Source of the DNA: Acidobacteriota bacterium
Lineage (GTDB): Bacteria; Acidobacteriota; JAAYUB01
Reading direction: 5' to 3'
Assembly (NCBI GenBank): GCA_040768985.1
Contig: JAXGLX010000002.1
Location: forward strand, 4,298,602 to 4,362,601
DNA: 64,000 nucleotides
The notes under the pieces are model-generated. The model was not told the origin of the DNA. It did not search any database and saw nothing but the letters and a program-made list of their open reading frames with translations. Positions 49,921 to 61,324 of this stretch are shown piece after piece. The position numbers and the translations under genes were made by a program. The first letter of the stretch is position 1. Every line of letters begins with the position of its first letter.

Positions 49921-50769
49921 ATGGGGCGAATGCAAGAATCCACAACGGCCCGCACCCTGAACGTCCGGGTCACCCGGTGCGAGATGCTCGCCGGCGGCTA
50001 TTTTCTGCTCGGCGTCGCTGCGCCGGAGGTTGCCGCCGCGGCGGAGCCGGGGCAGTTTTTCATGCTCGGGCTGCCCCAACACGCCCTGTCCGCCGATCCG
50101 TTGCTGAACCGGCCCCTCAGCGTGCTCGACGCGCCCCACGCCGGCGCGGCCGGGGAAATCCTTTTTCTGATCAAGCAGGTGGGACGGGGCACCCGCCTGC
50201 TCGCCGGGCTGCGGCCGGGCGACGCGCTGTTCGCCCACGGACCGCTGGGCGGAACATTCCCGACGCCGCCGGCCGGCGGGACCCTGGTCCTGGTGGGTGG
50301 CGGCGTGGGCATCGCGCCGCTCTATTTCTACCTGCGCCGCTTTCAGGGGAAGGCCCGGCTGGTGCTGTTCTACGGCGGGCGCACCGCCGCCGAGCTGCCG
50401 TTGCGCGATCGCTTGGCGTCCGCGGAGGGCACGGACGTCCGCTTGGTGACCGAGGATGGCAGCCACGGGGAGCGGGGCCTGGTGACGGAGCCGCTTGAAC
50501 GCTACCTGAAACAGAATGCCGTCGACCGCATCTATTGCTGCGGACCCAACGCGATGATGGCCGCCGTTTACCGGATCGGCGCCGCAGGCGGTCGGCCGGT
50601 GTGGGTATCCATGGAGAACCGGATGGGGTGCGGCATGGGCGTGTGCCTGGGTTGCACGATGCCGGTGCGAGACGACCGCGGCATCGCCATGCGGCGGGTG
50701 TGCGCCGACGGTCCCGTATTTGAAGCCGACCGGGTCGATTGGGACACGATCGGCCGGTCCCCAATCTAG
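49921..50769 (+). CDS. pyrK: Dihydroorotate dehydrogenase electron transfer subunit (PyrK-like)
   Basis: PGQF, RPLS, GPLG, GGGVGIAP, CGP, MGCGMGVCLGC...VCADGPVF. Confidence 0.85.
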   Translation: MGRMQESTTARTLNVRVTRCEMLAGGYFLLGVAAPEVAAAAEPGQFFMLGLPQHALSADPLLNRPLSVLDAPHAGAAGEILFLIKQVGRGTRLLAGLRPGDALFAHGPLGGTFPTPPAGGTLVLVGGGVGIAPLYFYLRRFQGKARLVLFYGGRTAAELPLRDRLASAEGTDVRLVTEDGSHGERGLVTEPLERYLKQNAVDRIYCCGPNAMMAAVYRIGAAGGRPVWVSMENRMGCGMGVCLGCTMPVRDDRGIAMRRVCADGPVFEADRVDWDTIGRSPI

Positions 50770-50783
50770 TGCGCGGAGCGCTG

Positions 50784-51188
50784 ATGGCCAAGCTGAAACT
50801 GGTTCTGATTGCGGTGGTGTTCGTCGGAGTCGTGGGCTATCTCATCTACTCGGGGCTGCAGGAAACCACCGTCTACTACCACACCGTGGGTGAGGTGCTG
50901 GCCGGCCAGGCGCACGACGGCGGACGGGGGGTGCGGGTCACCGGAACCGTGGTGCCCGGCTCGGTCCGGCGGGCGGCGGACGCGCTGGCCATGGATTTCC
51001 AGATCGCCGACGCGGCGGACCAGCCCGTCCTGATGGTCCACTACCAGGGAGTGATCCCCGACAATTTCAAGGAGGGGATGGCCGTCGTCGTGGAAGGCGA
51101 CCTCCAAGCCGGCCGCCGCGAATTTGACGCCGACACCATCCTGCTGAAGTGCCCCTCGAAGTACGAAAAGACGCCGGAACAGGCCTGA
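50784..51188 (+). CDS. ccmE: Heme chaperone CcmE, Cys variant
   Basis: N-terminal TM, YYHT, G.VVPGS, PDNFKEG, KCPSKY (CxxxY). Confidence 0.9.
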   Translation: MAKLKLVLIAVVFVGVVGYLIYSGLQETTVYYHTVGEVLAGQAHDGGRGVRVTGTVVPGSVRRAADALAMDFQIADAADQPVLMVHYQGVIPDNFKEGMAVVVEGDLQAGRREFDADTILLKCPSKYEKTPEQA

Positions 51189-51213
51189 AACCCGTCGACG
51201 CAAGGCAGAGCGT

Positions 51214-53183
<1,970 letters not shown>

Positions 53184-53187
<4 letters not shown>

Positions 53188-53429
53188 TCGCGTCGCTGCT
53201 GGTCCTGGCCATCCTCGTCGCCGCGGTGCTCTACGTGCTGTGGCCGCTGCTGGGCGCGGCGCCGGCGGCGACGGACGCCGCGGCGGACGCCCCGCCGGAA
53301 GCCGCCCGCGAGGAGTTAGACGCGGCGCTGGCCGACCTGGAGTACGACCGGCGCGCGGGCAAGCTGCCGGCCGAGGATTACGCCGAACTCAAGGCGCGGC
53401 TGGAGGACCGGCGGCGCCAGATCCGATAG
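53184..53429 (+). CDS. Small CcmI N-terminal-like membrane protein
   Basis: TM ending WPL, then LADLEYDRRAGKL..EDY.ELK; located in the ccm cluster. Confidence 0.6.
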
Positions 53430-53449
53430 TCCCGAGCGAGCGTTGCGGA

Positions 53450-54184
53450 ATGTCCAAAGACGGCGTGCCAGTCCTGTCCCTGCAGGAAGTGCGCAAGCAC
53501 TTCGGCGACGTGCCGGTGCTGCGCGGCATCAGCCTGGACGTGGCCCCGGGGGCGTTCATCGCCGTGGTGGGACCCAACGGCGCCGGCAAGACCACCCTGT
53601 TCCACTGCATCGCCCGCCTCATGCGGCCCAGCTCCGGGACGATCCGGTTCCGGGGCGAGGACGTGAGCGGGCGCGACCTCGAGTTCCGGCGGGCGATCGG
53701 CTACATCTCCCACCAGCTCTTCCTCTACCCGGAGCTGACCGGACGGGAAAACCTCCGCTTTTTCGCCCGACTCTACGGCCGACCCGACGATCCGGCCGCC
53801 CTGGATGAAACCTTGGCGGGGATGGGGTTGGCGGTGGCCGCGGACCGGCCGGTCCGGACCTACTCCCGGGGCATGAAGCAGCGGCTGGCCATCGCCCGGG
53901 CGCTCCTGCACCGGCCGGAGCTGGTGCTGCTGGACGAGCCCTTCACCGGCCTGGACCAGCATGCCGCGGCCGTCCTCCGGGACCTGCTCCGCCGGCTCAA
54001 GGGGGAGGGCCGGACGGTCCTGATGATCAGCCACCAACTGGAGCACGCCGCCGAGCTCGGCGACCGGGTCCTCGTGCTGGTCAACGGCCGGATCCGCGCC
54101 AATGTGGCCGGGGCCGAGGCGGGACCGGGCCGGCTGCCGGCGCTCTACCTCGACGCGGTGGGCCGGCACGGGGGGGCGTCGTGA
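53450..54184 (+). CDS. ccmA: Heme ABC exporter ATPase CcmA
   Basis: GPNGAGKTT, YSRGMKQR, DEPFTGLD; ccm context. Confidence 0.88.
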   Translation: MSKDGVPVLSLQEVRKHFGDVPVLRGISLDVAPGAFIAVVGPNGAGKTTLFHCIARLMRPSSGTIRFRGEDVSGRDLEFRRAIGYISHQLFLYPELTGRENLRFFARLYGRPDDPAALDETLAGMGLAVAADRPVRTYSRGMKQRLAIARALLHRPELVLLDEPFTGLDQHAAAVLRDLLRRLKGEGRTVLMISHQLEHAAELGDRVLVLVNGRIRANVAGAEAGPGRLPALYLDAVGRHGGAS

Positions 54185-54864
54185 GCATCCTGCGCCTCGC
54201 CGCCTGGGTGGCCTGGAAGGACCTCCGCCTGGAGCTGCGCACCCGCCAGAATTTTCTGACCACCCTCCTGTTCGCCTTCATTATCATCGTGGTGTTCAAC
54301 TTCGCCTTCGATCCCGGCTCCCGGGCGGCGCGGGAGAGCGCCCCGGCCATCCTGTGGGTGGCGTTCCTGTTCGCCGGGATCCTCAGTCTGGCCAACGCCT
54401 TCGCCATGGAGCGCGAGGAGGGATGCATGCTGGGCCTGCTGCTGGCCCCGGTGCCGCGCGGCGTGATCTTCCTGGGGAAATTTCTGGCCAACCTGGCGTT
54501 CCAGACCGCCGTGGAGACGCTGATCCTGCCCATCTTCGTCGTCTTCTTCAACGTCCGGTTCGCCGGCGGCTTTCTGCCGTTCCTGCTGGTGGTGCTGCTG
54601 GTGAACGTGGGCTTCGTCGCCGTGGGCACGCTGTTCTCGGCCATGACCATGGGCCTGCGCCTGCGCGAGGTGCTGCTGCCCATCCTGCTGTTTCCGGTGA
54701 TCGTGCCGGTGGTCATCGCCGGCGTCAAGGCCACCGCGCTGCTGTTCCAGGCGCCGGCGGCGCCCGGCTGGATCCACTGGGTGAAGCTGCTGGCCGGCTT
54801 CGACTTGATCTTCGTGGTAGTATGTTACGCGGTCTTCCGTTTTGTCGTCGAGGAGGCCGCCTGA
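54181..54864 (+). CDS. ccmB: Heme exporter permease CcmB
   Basis: KDLRLELR, ILWVAFLF, E.EEG, LLPILLFP. Confidence 0.92.
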   Translation: MSILRLAAWVAWKDLRLELRTRQNFLTTLLFAFIIIVVFNFAFDPGSRAARESAPAILWVAFLFAGILSLANAFAMEREEGCMLGLLLAPVPRGVIFLGKFLANLAFQTAVETLILPIFVVFFNVRFAGGFLPFLLVVLLVNVGFVAVGTLFSAMTMGLRLREVLLPILLFPVIVPVVIAGVKATALLFQAPAAPGWIHWVKLLAGFDLIFVVVCYAVFRFVVEEAA

Positions 54865-54909
54865 CGAACCGCCGGCGCGGGCCGGCATCCCGACATCCGA
54901 ACCGGCAAC

Positions 54910-55638
54910 ATGACAACGGACACCCAACACGCTGACACCTGGGCCGCCTCTCCGGCCGGCGGACGCGCCGGTTTTACGGCGCTGGCCGCTCTGACGGCGG
55001 CCGCCCTGGTGGGGGCGCTTTATATGGTGTTCCTCTACGCGCCGCGGGAGCGCGAAATGGGGGAAGTCCAGCGCATTTTCTACTTCCACGTGGCCTCCGC
55101 CTGGCTGGCCATGGTGGCGTTCGCCGTGGTGTTCGCGGGCAGCATCCTGTACCTGTGGCGCGGCCGGCTGCGCCATGACCGCTGGGCGGCGGCCGCGGCC
55201 GAAATCGGAGTCCTGTTCACCACCATCGTGCTGGTGACCGGGCCGCTGTGGGCCCGGCCCGTCTGGAACACGTGGTGGACGTGGGACCCGCGCCTGACTT
55301 CGTCGCTGGTGCTCTGGCTCATGTACCTGGTGTATCTCGTGCTGCGGGGCAGCCTGCCCGAGAGTCCCCGGATGCGCCAGTTCAGCGCCGTTTATGCTGT
55401 CGTCGCCTTCGCGGACATTCCGATCGTTTTCTTCTCCATCCGCTGGTGGCGGAGCATGCATCCGGTGGTGGTCTCCAGCCAGGGGATGAACCTCGAGCCG
55501 GAGATGGTGCACACCCTGGTCGCCGCGTGCGTGGCGTTCACCCTGCTGTTCGCGCTGCTGTTCCGGCTGCGCCTCGGGGTGGAGCGGGCCCGGCTGGAGG
55601 CCCAGCGTCTGCGACGGATACTGCTCGAGAGGGAATGA
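54910..55638 (+). CDS. ccmC: Heme exporter / cytochrome c biogenesis protein CcmC
   Basis: IFYFHV, WARPVWNTWWTWDPRLT, WWRSMHP. Confidence 0.94.
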   Translation: MTTDTQHADTWAASPAGGRAGFTALAALTAAALVGALYMVFLYAPREREMGEVQRIFYFHVASAWLAMVAFAVVFAGSILYLWRGRLRHDRWAAAAAEIGVLFTTIVLVTGPLWARPVWNTWWTWDPRLTSSLVLWLMYLVYLVLRGSLPESPRMRQFSAVYAVVAFADIPIVFFSIRWWRSMHPVVVSSQGMNLEPEMVHTLVAACVAFTLLFALLFRLRLGVERARLEAQRLRRILLERE

Positions 55639-55641
55639 CAG

Positions 55642-55785
55642 ATGAACGGTTACCTCTTTGCGGCGTACAGCTTCATCCTGCTGCTGCTCTTCGGGTACAT
55701 CATCGGCCTGCACGGCCGGCTGCGGCGGCTGGCCCGCGAGCTCGAGGAGCTCCGGCTGGCTCTGCGCGACGGGGAGGACGCCTGA
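55642..55785 (+). CDS. ccmD: CcmD-like small membrane protein (47 aa)
   Basis: Manual translation MNGYLFAAYSFILLLLFGYIIGLHGRLRRLARELEEL...; directly after ccmC. Confidence 0.75.
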   Translation: MNGYLFAAYSFILLLLFGYIIGLHGRLRRLARELEELRLALRDGEDA

Positions 55786-56027
55786 TGGGCATCGCCGGTT
55801 TCCGCTGCGGCGAATGCGGCGGGGAAAAATTTCCGGCGGGCGTCCGGCTCGTCCTGTGCCCCGCGTGCGCGGAAAAAATTCACGCCGGCTGCTGGCCGCG
55901 TCACCGGGCCCGCCACCTGGAGGCGGACTCCGCCGCCCGGCTGGACGAGGGCGCGCGCCGCGGAACCATGGGCGATTACGGGATCATCCGCTGGGCGGAC
56001 CCGCCCCCTTCCGACGGCGGCGGTTGA
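55785..56027 (+). CDS. Small Cys/His-rich putative zinc-finger protein
   Basis: CGEC...CPAC...H..C..H...H; TGATG coupling to ccmD. Confidence 0.55.
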   Translation: MGIAGFRCGECGGEKFPAGVRLVLCPACAEKIHAGCWPRHRARHLEADSAARLDEGARRGTMGDYGIIRWADPPPSDGGG

Positions 56028-56058
56028 ATCGGGTCCGGGAGCACGCCGAGCAATTTTT

Positions 56059-56087
56059 TTGACAACGCCCGGCGGAACATGTATATT
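56059..56087 (+). promoter_or_regulatory. Sigma70 promoter
   Basis: TTGACA-17 bp-TATATT with TG extension. Confidence 0.7.
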
Positions 56088-56140
56088 GATTAAGTTTTTA
56101 CGAAGCCCCGACCCATTCCGCCGCGGTCAGAACTGGGATC

Positions 56141-56635
56141 ATGAACTACTGGCTGACGCAATCGTTGTCCGGCTACCTGTCGCAGCACATGAACGAGCTG
56201 ATCTTCATCGGCATCATCGTCTGCGCGCTGTTCATCCTGATCGTATACCTGACCTTCTTCCGCCGGCGCCGCGAGCCGGGCATTCAGCAGCTCATCGAAA
56301 CCCAGTTTTTGGAAAAGACCCGCAACCTGCCCACGAAGGAAGAGATCCTCAACGTCATCGTCGAGTTCGATCGCTATCCCTCGTTCATCCGGATCCTGAC
56401 CGCCGTGCTCAACCAGTTCACCATGGATTACCTGTACAGTTACGGCGAACTCGCCAAGGCCTTCAGCACCCTCGTGGATTTTCCCAAGTCGGGCCAGGGG
56501 ATTTCCGCCGCCCAGCGCGCCGCCATGATCACCATGGTCCGGGTGTTCATCAGCAGCGATTTCATCCGCCAGAAATGCGGCGAGATCCTCGATGAGAACT
56601 TTGATCGCTTCATGGACGAAGCCTCCGCCGGTTGA
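56141..56635 (+). CDS. Hypothetical single-TM membrane protein
   Basis: TM LIFIGIIVCALFILIVYLTFF followed by RRRR; own promoter. Confidence 0.7.
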   Translation: MNYWLTQSLSGYLSQHMNELIFIGIIVCALFILIVYLTFFRRRREPGIQQLIETQFLEKTRNLPTKEEILNVIVEFDRYPSFIRILTAVLNQFTMDYLYSYGELAKAFSTLVDFPKSGQGISAAQRAAMITMVRVFISSDFIRQKCGEILDENFDRFMDEASAG

Positions 56636-56781
56636 GCGCGCCGTCTCGATCGCTCCATCCAGTTTCAGGGAACGCAACGCATCCGCCGGAGGGTGCGTCC
56701 GGCGCGATCCGGCCAATCCCGACTGAGCGTGGCTTCAACCTGCGCGCGAACGGCAGTTTCATGGTCGGAGCAGGAGAAACA

Positions 56782-58053
56782 ATGAGCGAACCCAAGTCCC
56801 TGACAAACGGCACGACGACGCGCTGGTTCCCCTTTGTGCTCATGTTGATTCTGGGATGCGGCGGCCTGCTGTTGGCTGCGAGCACGTGGCTGTGGGCGCT
56901 TTCCGCCCTGCCGGTGGGATTGGCCTTCGGTTTTGTGCTCCAGAAAGGTGATTTGTGCGGGGCGTCGGCCTTCAGCGAAGTGCTGATGCTGCGGGACGCC
57001 CGGAAGCTGGGCGGCATCTGGCTGGCGATCGCCTGTTCCATGGTCCTGTTCGCCCTGGCCGGCCAGCTCGGCTGGATGCAGATCCAGCCGAAGCCGTTCC
57101 TCTGGATGAGCTACCTGACGGGCGGCCTGGTTTTCGGCGTCGGCACCGTCCTGGCCGGAGGGTGCGTCAGCGGCTGTCTCTACAAGTCGGCCGCGGGCAA
57201 CCTGAATTCCATTGTCGCGCTGCTCGGCATGCCCGTGGGAATCGCCGCGGTGGAATCGGGGCCGCTGGCTCCCCTCTCCCAATGGATGAAACGTTTTGCC
57301 ATCAGCGGACCTGACGGTCAATCCGTGTCCCTGTCCACACTGACGGGGCTTCCGTTCTGGTTGCTCGCCCTGATCCTGTTCGGCCTGACCCTCAGCGCTT
57401 TTTGCCTGATGGGCCGGCGGCGGCCAGCGGATGGGCGCCGCCGCGGGTTCCGCGCCTTTCTCGCCGGCCCCTGGCGGGCATGGCAGGCCGGGATTGCGCT
57501 CGGCGTCGTCGCCCTGCTCGCGGCCGTCAGCGCCGCTGCCGCCGGCCGGTCGTACCCTCTCGGCGTCACGCATGGCGTGCTCAACCTGCATCAGGTGATC
57601 ACCGAGCGCAACCTCGTCCACGACTGGGGGGCGCCCAGGCCCGCCGTCAATCCCGGCGCCAAGCCGGTTCCGCAATCCGTCGGACAACTGCCGCCGCCGG
57701 CCAAGCCGCCGGTGAAGAAAGTGTCCTGGTGGCTGATCCTGGTGGTGCTCGGCACCCTGTACGGCGCTTACGCCAGCGCCAGTCTGGCGGGTCCGGTTCG
57801 GTTGAAGGGCCGGGAACCTCTGGAGCTGGTCGTGGCGATCGCGGGGGGATTGCTGGTGGGCGTCGGCGCGGCGTTGTCATCCGGCTGCGTGGTGGGCAAC
57901 ATCCTGTCGGGTTGGGCCCTGATGAGCGTGGGCCTGGTGCTCTTCGGCCTGGCGGTGGTCGCCGGCAACTGGCTGGCCACCCACTTCTACCTGATGGGGG
58001 GCTCGCTCGCCGACCTCCCACTGACACTGGGCAGCATCTTCCGCCGGCGATAA
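56782..58053 (+). CDS. YeeE/YedE family sulfur-compound (thiosulfate) transporter
   Basis: GFVLQKGDLC, FGVGTVLAGGCVSG, GAALSSGCVVGN. Confidence 0.85.
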   Translation: MSEPKSLTNGTTTRWFPFVLMLILGCGGLLLAASTWLWALSALPVGLAFGFVLQKGDLCGASAFSEVLMLRDARKLGGIWLAIACSMVLFALAGQLGWMQIQPKPFLWMSYLTGGLVFGVGTVLAGGCVSGCLYKSAAGNLNSIVALLGMPVGIAAVESGPLAPLSQWMKRFAISGPDGQSVSLSTLTGLPFWLLALILFGLTLSAFCLMGRRRPADGRRRGFRAFLAGPWRAWQAGIALGVVALLAAVSAAAAGRSYPLGVTHGVLNLHQVITERNLVHDWGAPRPAVNPGAKPVPQSVGQLPPPAKPPVKKVSWWLILVVLGTLYGAYASASLAGPVRLKGREPLELVVAIAGGLLVGVGAALSSGCVVGNILSGWALMSVGLVLFGLAVVAGNWLATHFYLMGGSLADLPLTLGSIFRRR

Positions 58054-58097
58054 GGGGCGGCTCGTTCCGCGCCGTCCAACGGGCGTCGGCAATGGAA

Positions 58098-58121
58098 ACG
58101 GCTCCCCGCCAAGGGAGCCGT
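58098..58121. terminator. Hairpin between the convergent yeeE-like and nrdJ genes
   Basis: acggctccc-cgccaa-gggagccgt. Confidence 0.55.
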
Positions 58122-58154
58122 CCGGACATCATTCCATCGGTCAGGGCGCGGGGT

Positions 58155-60896
58155 TCAGGAGCAGCCGCTGGTCTCGCCGCAGTTGGGGCACTTGTAGCAG
58201 GCGCCGTTGCGGACCATGATGGAACCGCACTGGAAGCAGGGGGGCGCGTCGGGCTGCAGCTCCAACAGCAGCGGCTTCTGGGTGGCGGGCTCGGACTTGG
58301 CCGCCTTCTTCGGCTCGGCCGCCGACGTGTTGGCGGGTTCCTCGACGGCGATGATGCCCAGCTTCTGGTGCTCCTCCTCCGGCAGGAACTTCAGCGCCAG
58401 CCACTTGAAGATGTAATCGAACAGCGACTTGGCGTAGGGGATGTGCGGGTTGCCGGTGAAGCCGGAGGGCTCGAACCGCGTGTGGGTGAATTTTTCGACG
58501 AGCACCTTCAGCGGAACGCCGTATTGCAGGGCCATGGACACGGCCGTGGCGAAGCCGTCCATGACGCCGGAGATCACGCTCCCCTCTTTGGCCATGACCA
58601 CGAAGATTTCGCCCGGCGAGCCGTCTTCGTACATGCCCACGGTGATGTAGCCCTCGTGGCCGCCGATGGCGAACTTGTGAGTGATGGCCCGGCGCTCGTC
58701 GGGGAGCTTCTTCCGGACCGGCCGGTAGACCACCTTCTCCTCGGCCGTCGGCTTGGTCTCGGCGCTGGTGGACAGCGGCTGGATCTTCTTCGAGCCGTCG
58801 CGGTAGATGGCGATGGATTTGAGCCCCATCTTCCAGGCCTCCAGGTAGGTCTGGGAGATGTCCTCCGGCGTGGACTCGGTGGGCATGTTGACCGTCTTGG
58901 AGATGGCGCCCGACAGGAACGGCTGGACGGCGGCCATCATCCGCACGTGGCCCATGTGGTGGATGGTGCGGTTGCCCTGCGCCGGCTTCAACGCGCAGTC
59001 GAAGATGGCCAGGTGCTCTTCCTTCAGGAGCGGACAGCCCTCGATGGTGCCGTGTCCTTCGATGTAGTTGAGGATCTTGCGGACCTTCTCATCGGGGTAG
59101 CCGAGGCGCTTGAGGGCCGCGGGGACGGTGTTGTTGACGATCTTGATGCCGCCGCCGCCGACGAGCTGTTTGTACTTGACGAGGGCCAGGTCGGGCTCGA
59201 TGCCGGTGGTGTCGCAGTCCATCATGAAGCCGATGGTGCCGGTGGGGGCGAGCACGGTGGCCTGGGCGTTGCGGAAACCGTGCTGCTCGCCTTCCTGGAT
59301 CACCTGGTTCCAGACCTCGCGCGCCTGCTTGTACAGGTCGGGCGAGATGTTCTGCGGGTCGATGTACTTGAGAGCGTCCCGGTGGTAGTGCATGACCTCG
59401 ATGAACGAGGTCTTGTTTTTCGGATAGTGCGCGAAGGTGCCGAGCTGCTCGGCGATCTTCGCCGAGGTCAGATACGCCTGGCCGGTCATGATCGCGGTGA
59501 TGGTCGCTGCATAGTCCCGGCCCTGGTAGCTGTCGTAGGGGAGGCCCATGTACATGAGCAGCGCGCCGAGGTTGGCGTAGCCGAGGCCGATGGGGCGGAA
59601 CTCGTGGGAATTCCGGTCGATCCTCGGCGTCGGATAGCTGGCCGCGTCGACGATGATCTCCTGGGCGGTGAACACCACCTCGATCGCCTTGCGGAAGCTG
59701 ACGGCGTCGTACTGCCCGTCCTCGGTGGCGTAGCGGAGCAGGTTCAGACTGGCCAGGTTGCACGCGGAGTCGTCCAGAAACATGTATTCGCTGCACGGGT
59801 TGGAGGCGTTGATGCGGCCGCTGCTCTTGCACGGGTTCCACCGGTTGATGGTGGTGTCGAACTGGATGCCCGGATCGCCGCAGACGTGCGCCGAGTCGGC
59901 GATGAGCCGCATCAGGTCGCGGGCCTGGAACTCGTGGACCACCTCGCCGCTGGTGATGGCCTTGGTCCGCCAGGGTTCGTTGTTCTCCACGGCGCGCATG
60001 AAGTCGTCGGTCACCCGGACGCTGTTGTTGGCGTTCTGGAAAAAGATGGAGCTGTAGGCCTCGCCATCGATGGACGCCTCGTAACCGGCCTGCACCAGGG
60101 CCTGGGCCTTGCGCTCCTCCTTGACCTTGCACTGGATGAAATCGACGATGTCCGGGTGGTCGATGTTCAGGATGACCATCTTGGCGGCGCGGCGGGTCTT
60201 GCCGCCCGACTTGATCACGCCGGCGAACGCGTCGTAGCCCTTCATGAAGGAAACCGGCCCTGAGGCGGAGCCGCCGGAGGCGAGCTTCTCCCGCGAGGAG
60301 CGGAGCGACGAGAGGTTGGTGCCGGTGCCGGAGCCGAACTTGAAGAGCCGCCCCTCGGTCTTGGCCAGCTCCAGGATGGAATCCATGGTGTCTTCCACCG
60401 AGTTGATGAAGCAGGCGGAGCACTGGGGCTTCGGCTCGACGCCCACGTTGAACCAGACGGGCGAATTGAAGGCGACCTTCTGGTTGACGAGCAGGTGGGT
60501 CAGTTCGTCGGCGAACACCCGGGCGTCGCTCGCCTCCTGGAAGTAGCCCAGCTCGGTGCCCCAGCCGGTGATGGTTTCCACCACGCGGCTGATGAGCTGC
60601 TTGACGCTGTACTCGCGGCAGGGCGTGCCCAACTGGCCGTGAAAATACTTCGAGGCGACGATGTTGGTCGCGGTCATGGACCAGTCGATGGGCACCTCGA
60701 CGCCGGCCTGCTCGAAAATCACCTCGCCCTTGCTGTTGGAAATGCGGGCGTCCCGGATTTCCCACTCCAGCTCATCGAAGGGGTGGCGGTTTTCCTGAGT
60801 GAAGAACCGATGGAAGTTTAATCCTTTCTTTGGTTTAGCTTGCCGCCGGGGGGTTGAGGCCGCAGAATCCACCGCCACTTGTTTGTCAAGTTCCAT
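58155..60896 (-). CDS. nrdJ: Vitamin B12-dependent (class II) ribonucleotide reductase with C-terminal TSCPD domain and Zn ribbon
   Basis: FNSPVWFN, QCSACFI, SGGKTRRAAKM, SNPCSEY, APTGT, GAISKTVN, YRDGSK; C-terminal CFQC...CPNC...GCS. Confidence 0.95.
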   Translation of the reverse strand: MELDKQVAVDSAASTPRRQAKPKKGLNFHRFFTQENRHPFDELEWEIRDARISNSKGEVIFEQAGVEVPIDWSMTATNIVASKYFHGQLGTPCREYSVKQLISRVVETITGWGTELGYFQEASDARVFADELTHLLVNQKVAFNSPVWFNVGVEPKPQCSACFINSVEDTMDSILELAKTEGRLFKFGSGTGTNLSSLRSSREKLASGGSASGPVSFMKGYDAFAGVIKSGGKTRRAAKMVILNIDHPDIVDFIQCKVKEERKAQALVQAGYEASIDGEAYSSIFFQNANNSVRVTDDFMRAVENNEPWRTKAITSGEVVHEFQARDLMRLIADSAHVCGDPGIQFDTTINRWNPCKSSGRINASNPCSEYMFLDDSACNLASLNLLRYATEDGQYDAVSFRKAIEVVFTAQEIIVDAASYPTPRIDRNSHEFRPIGLGYANLGALLMYMGLPYDSYQGRDYAATITAIMTGQAYLTSAKIAEQLGTFAHYPKNKTSFIEVMHYHRDALKYIDPQNISPDLYKQAREVWNQVIQEGEQHGFRNAQATVLAPTGTIGFMMDCDTTGIEPDLALVKYKQLVGGGGIKIVNNTVPAALKRLGYPDEKVRKILNYIEGHGTIEGCPLLKEEHLAIFDCALKPAQGNRTIHHMGHVRMMAAVQPFLSGAISKTVNMPTESTPEDISQTYLEAWKMGLKSIAIYRDGSKKIQPLSTSAETKPTAEEKVVYRPVRKKLPDERRAITHKFAIGGHEGYITVGMYEDGSPGEIFVVMAKEGSVISGVMDGFATAVSMALQYGVPLKVLVEKFTHTRFEPSGFTGNPHIPYAKSLFDYIFKWLALKFLPEEEHQKLGIIAVEEPANTSAAEPKKAAKSEPATQKPLLLELQPDAPPCFQCGSIMVRNGACYKCPNCGETSGCS

Positions 60897-60950
60897 CCCT
60901 GAATCTCCTCCAGATCATGCGTAGCCCGTAGGTTTAGCGCAATTGTCCAA

Positions 60951-60979
60951 ATTATGGCGCATGTATCCGGGCATGTCAA
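60951..60979 (-). promoter_or_regulatory. Sigma70 promoter of nrdJ
   Basis: TTGACA-17 bp-CATAAT on the minus strand. Confidence 0.75.
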
Positions 60980-60986
60980 ACGAAAA

Positions 60987-61033
60987 GTACTATATTTTGT
61001 AGATAGAACTGTCCCGGACACAATATATTGTAT
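60987..61033. promoter_or_regulatory. Tandem NrdR boxes
   Basis: gtaCTATATTTTGtag (60987) and acaCAATATATTGtat (61018), 31 bp apart, matching the acaCwAtATaTwGtg consensus. Confidence 0.88.
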
Positions 61034-61324
61034 CTTGTGGGCTACGTGTACTTTAGCGTTAACTCGTTATTCACGATCCGGTCAAACCCTTGCGGGACGG
61101 ACCGCTCCGGAGGAGGATCCGGCGGGAGCGTCTTTGGCGGGCGTGCGCGCCGAATTTGTACTATAATTCACATTTCCTTGTTGAAGCGGTTCGGACCGCA
61201 GATGGTCTCGGGAGGCGGCGCCGCTTGCCACCGCGGAGAATCGGGGCGCCGGGCGGCCGGGGGATCCGTGCCCGCGTCGCCTCAGGTTCCGAATCTCGGC
61301 GCATCGGCGGATCGAGGGTGACCG

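Noticed and set aside
57402-60263. 953-aa plus-strand ORF
   Set aside because: Antisense shadow of nrdJ, a typical high-GC artefact; the same applies to 664-2334, 30114-31874, 48254-49684, 54145-55713 and 61082-62734
58155-60896. Intein or intron in nrdJ
   Set aside because: The ORF is continuous, of normal length, and shows no intein splice or homing-endonuclease motifs
60897-61324. Cobalamin riboswitch upstream of the B12-dependent nrdJ
   Set aside because: The leader after the predicted promoter is too short and no B12-box was recognised; NrdR boxes account for regulation
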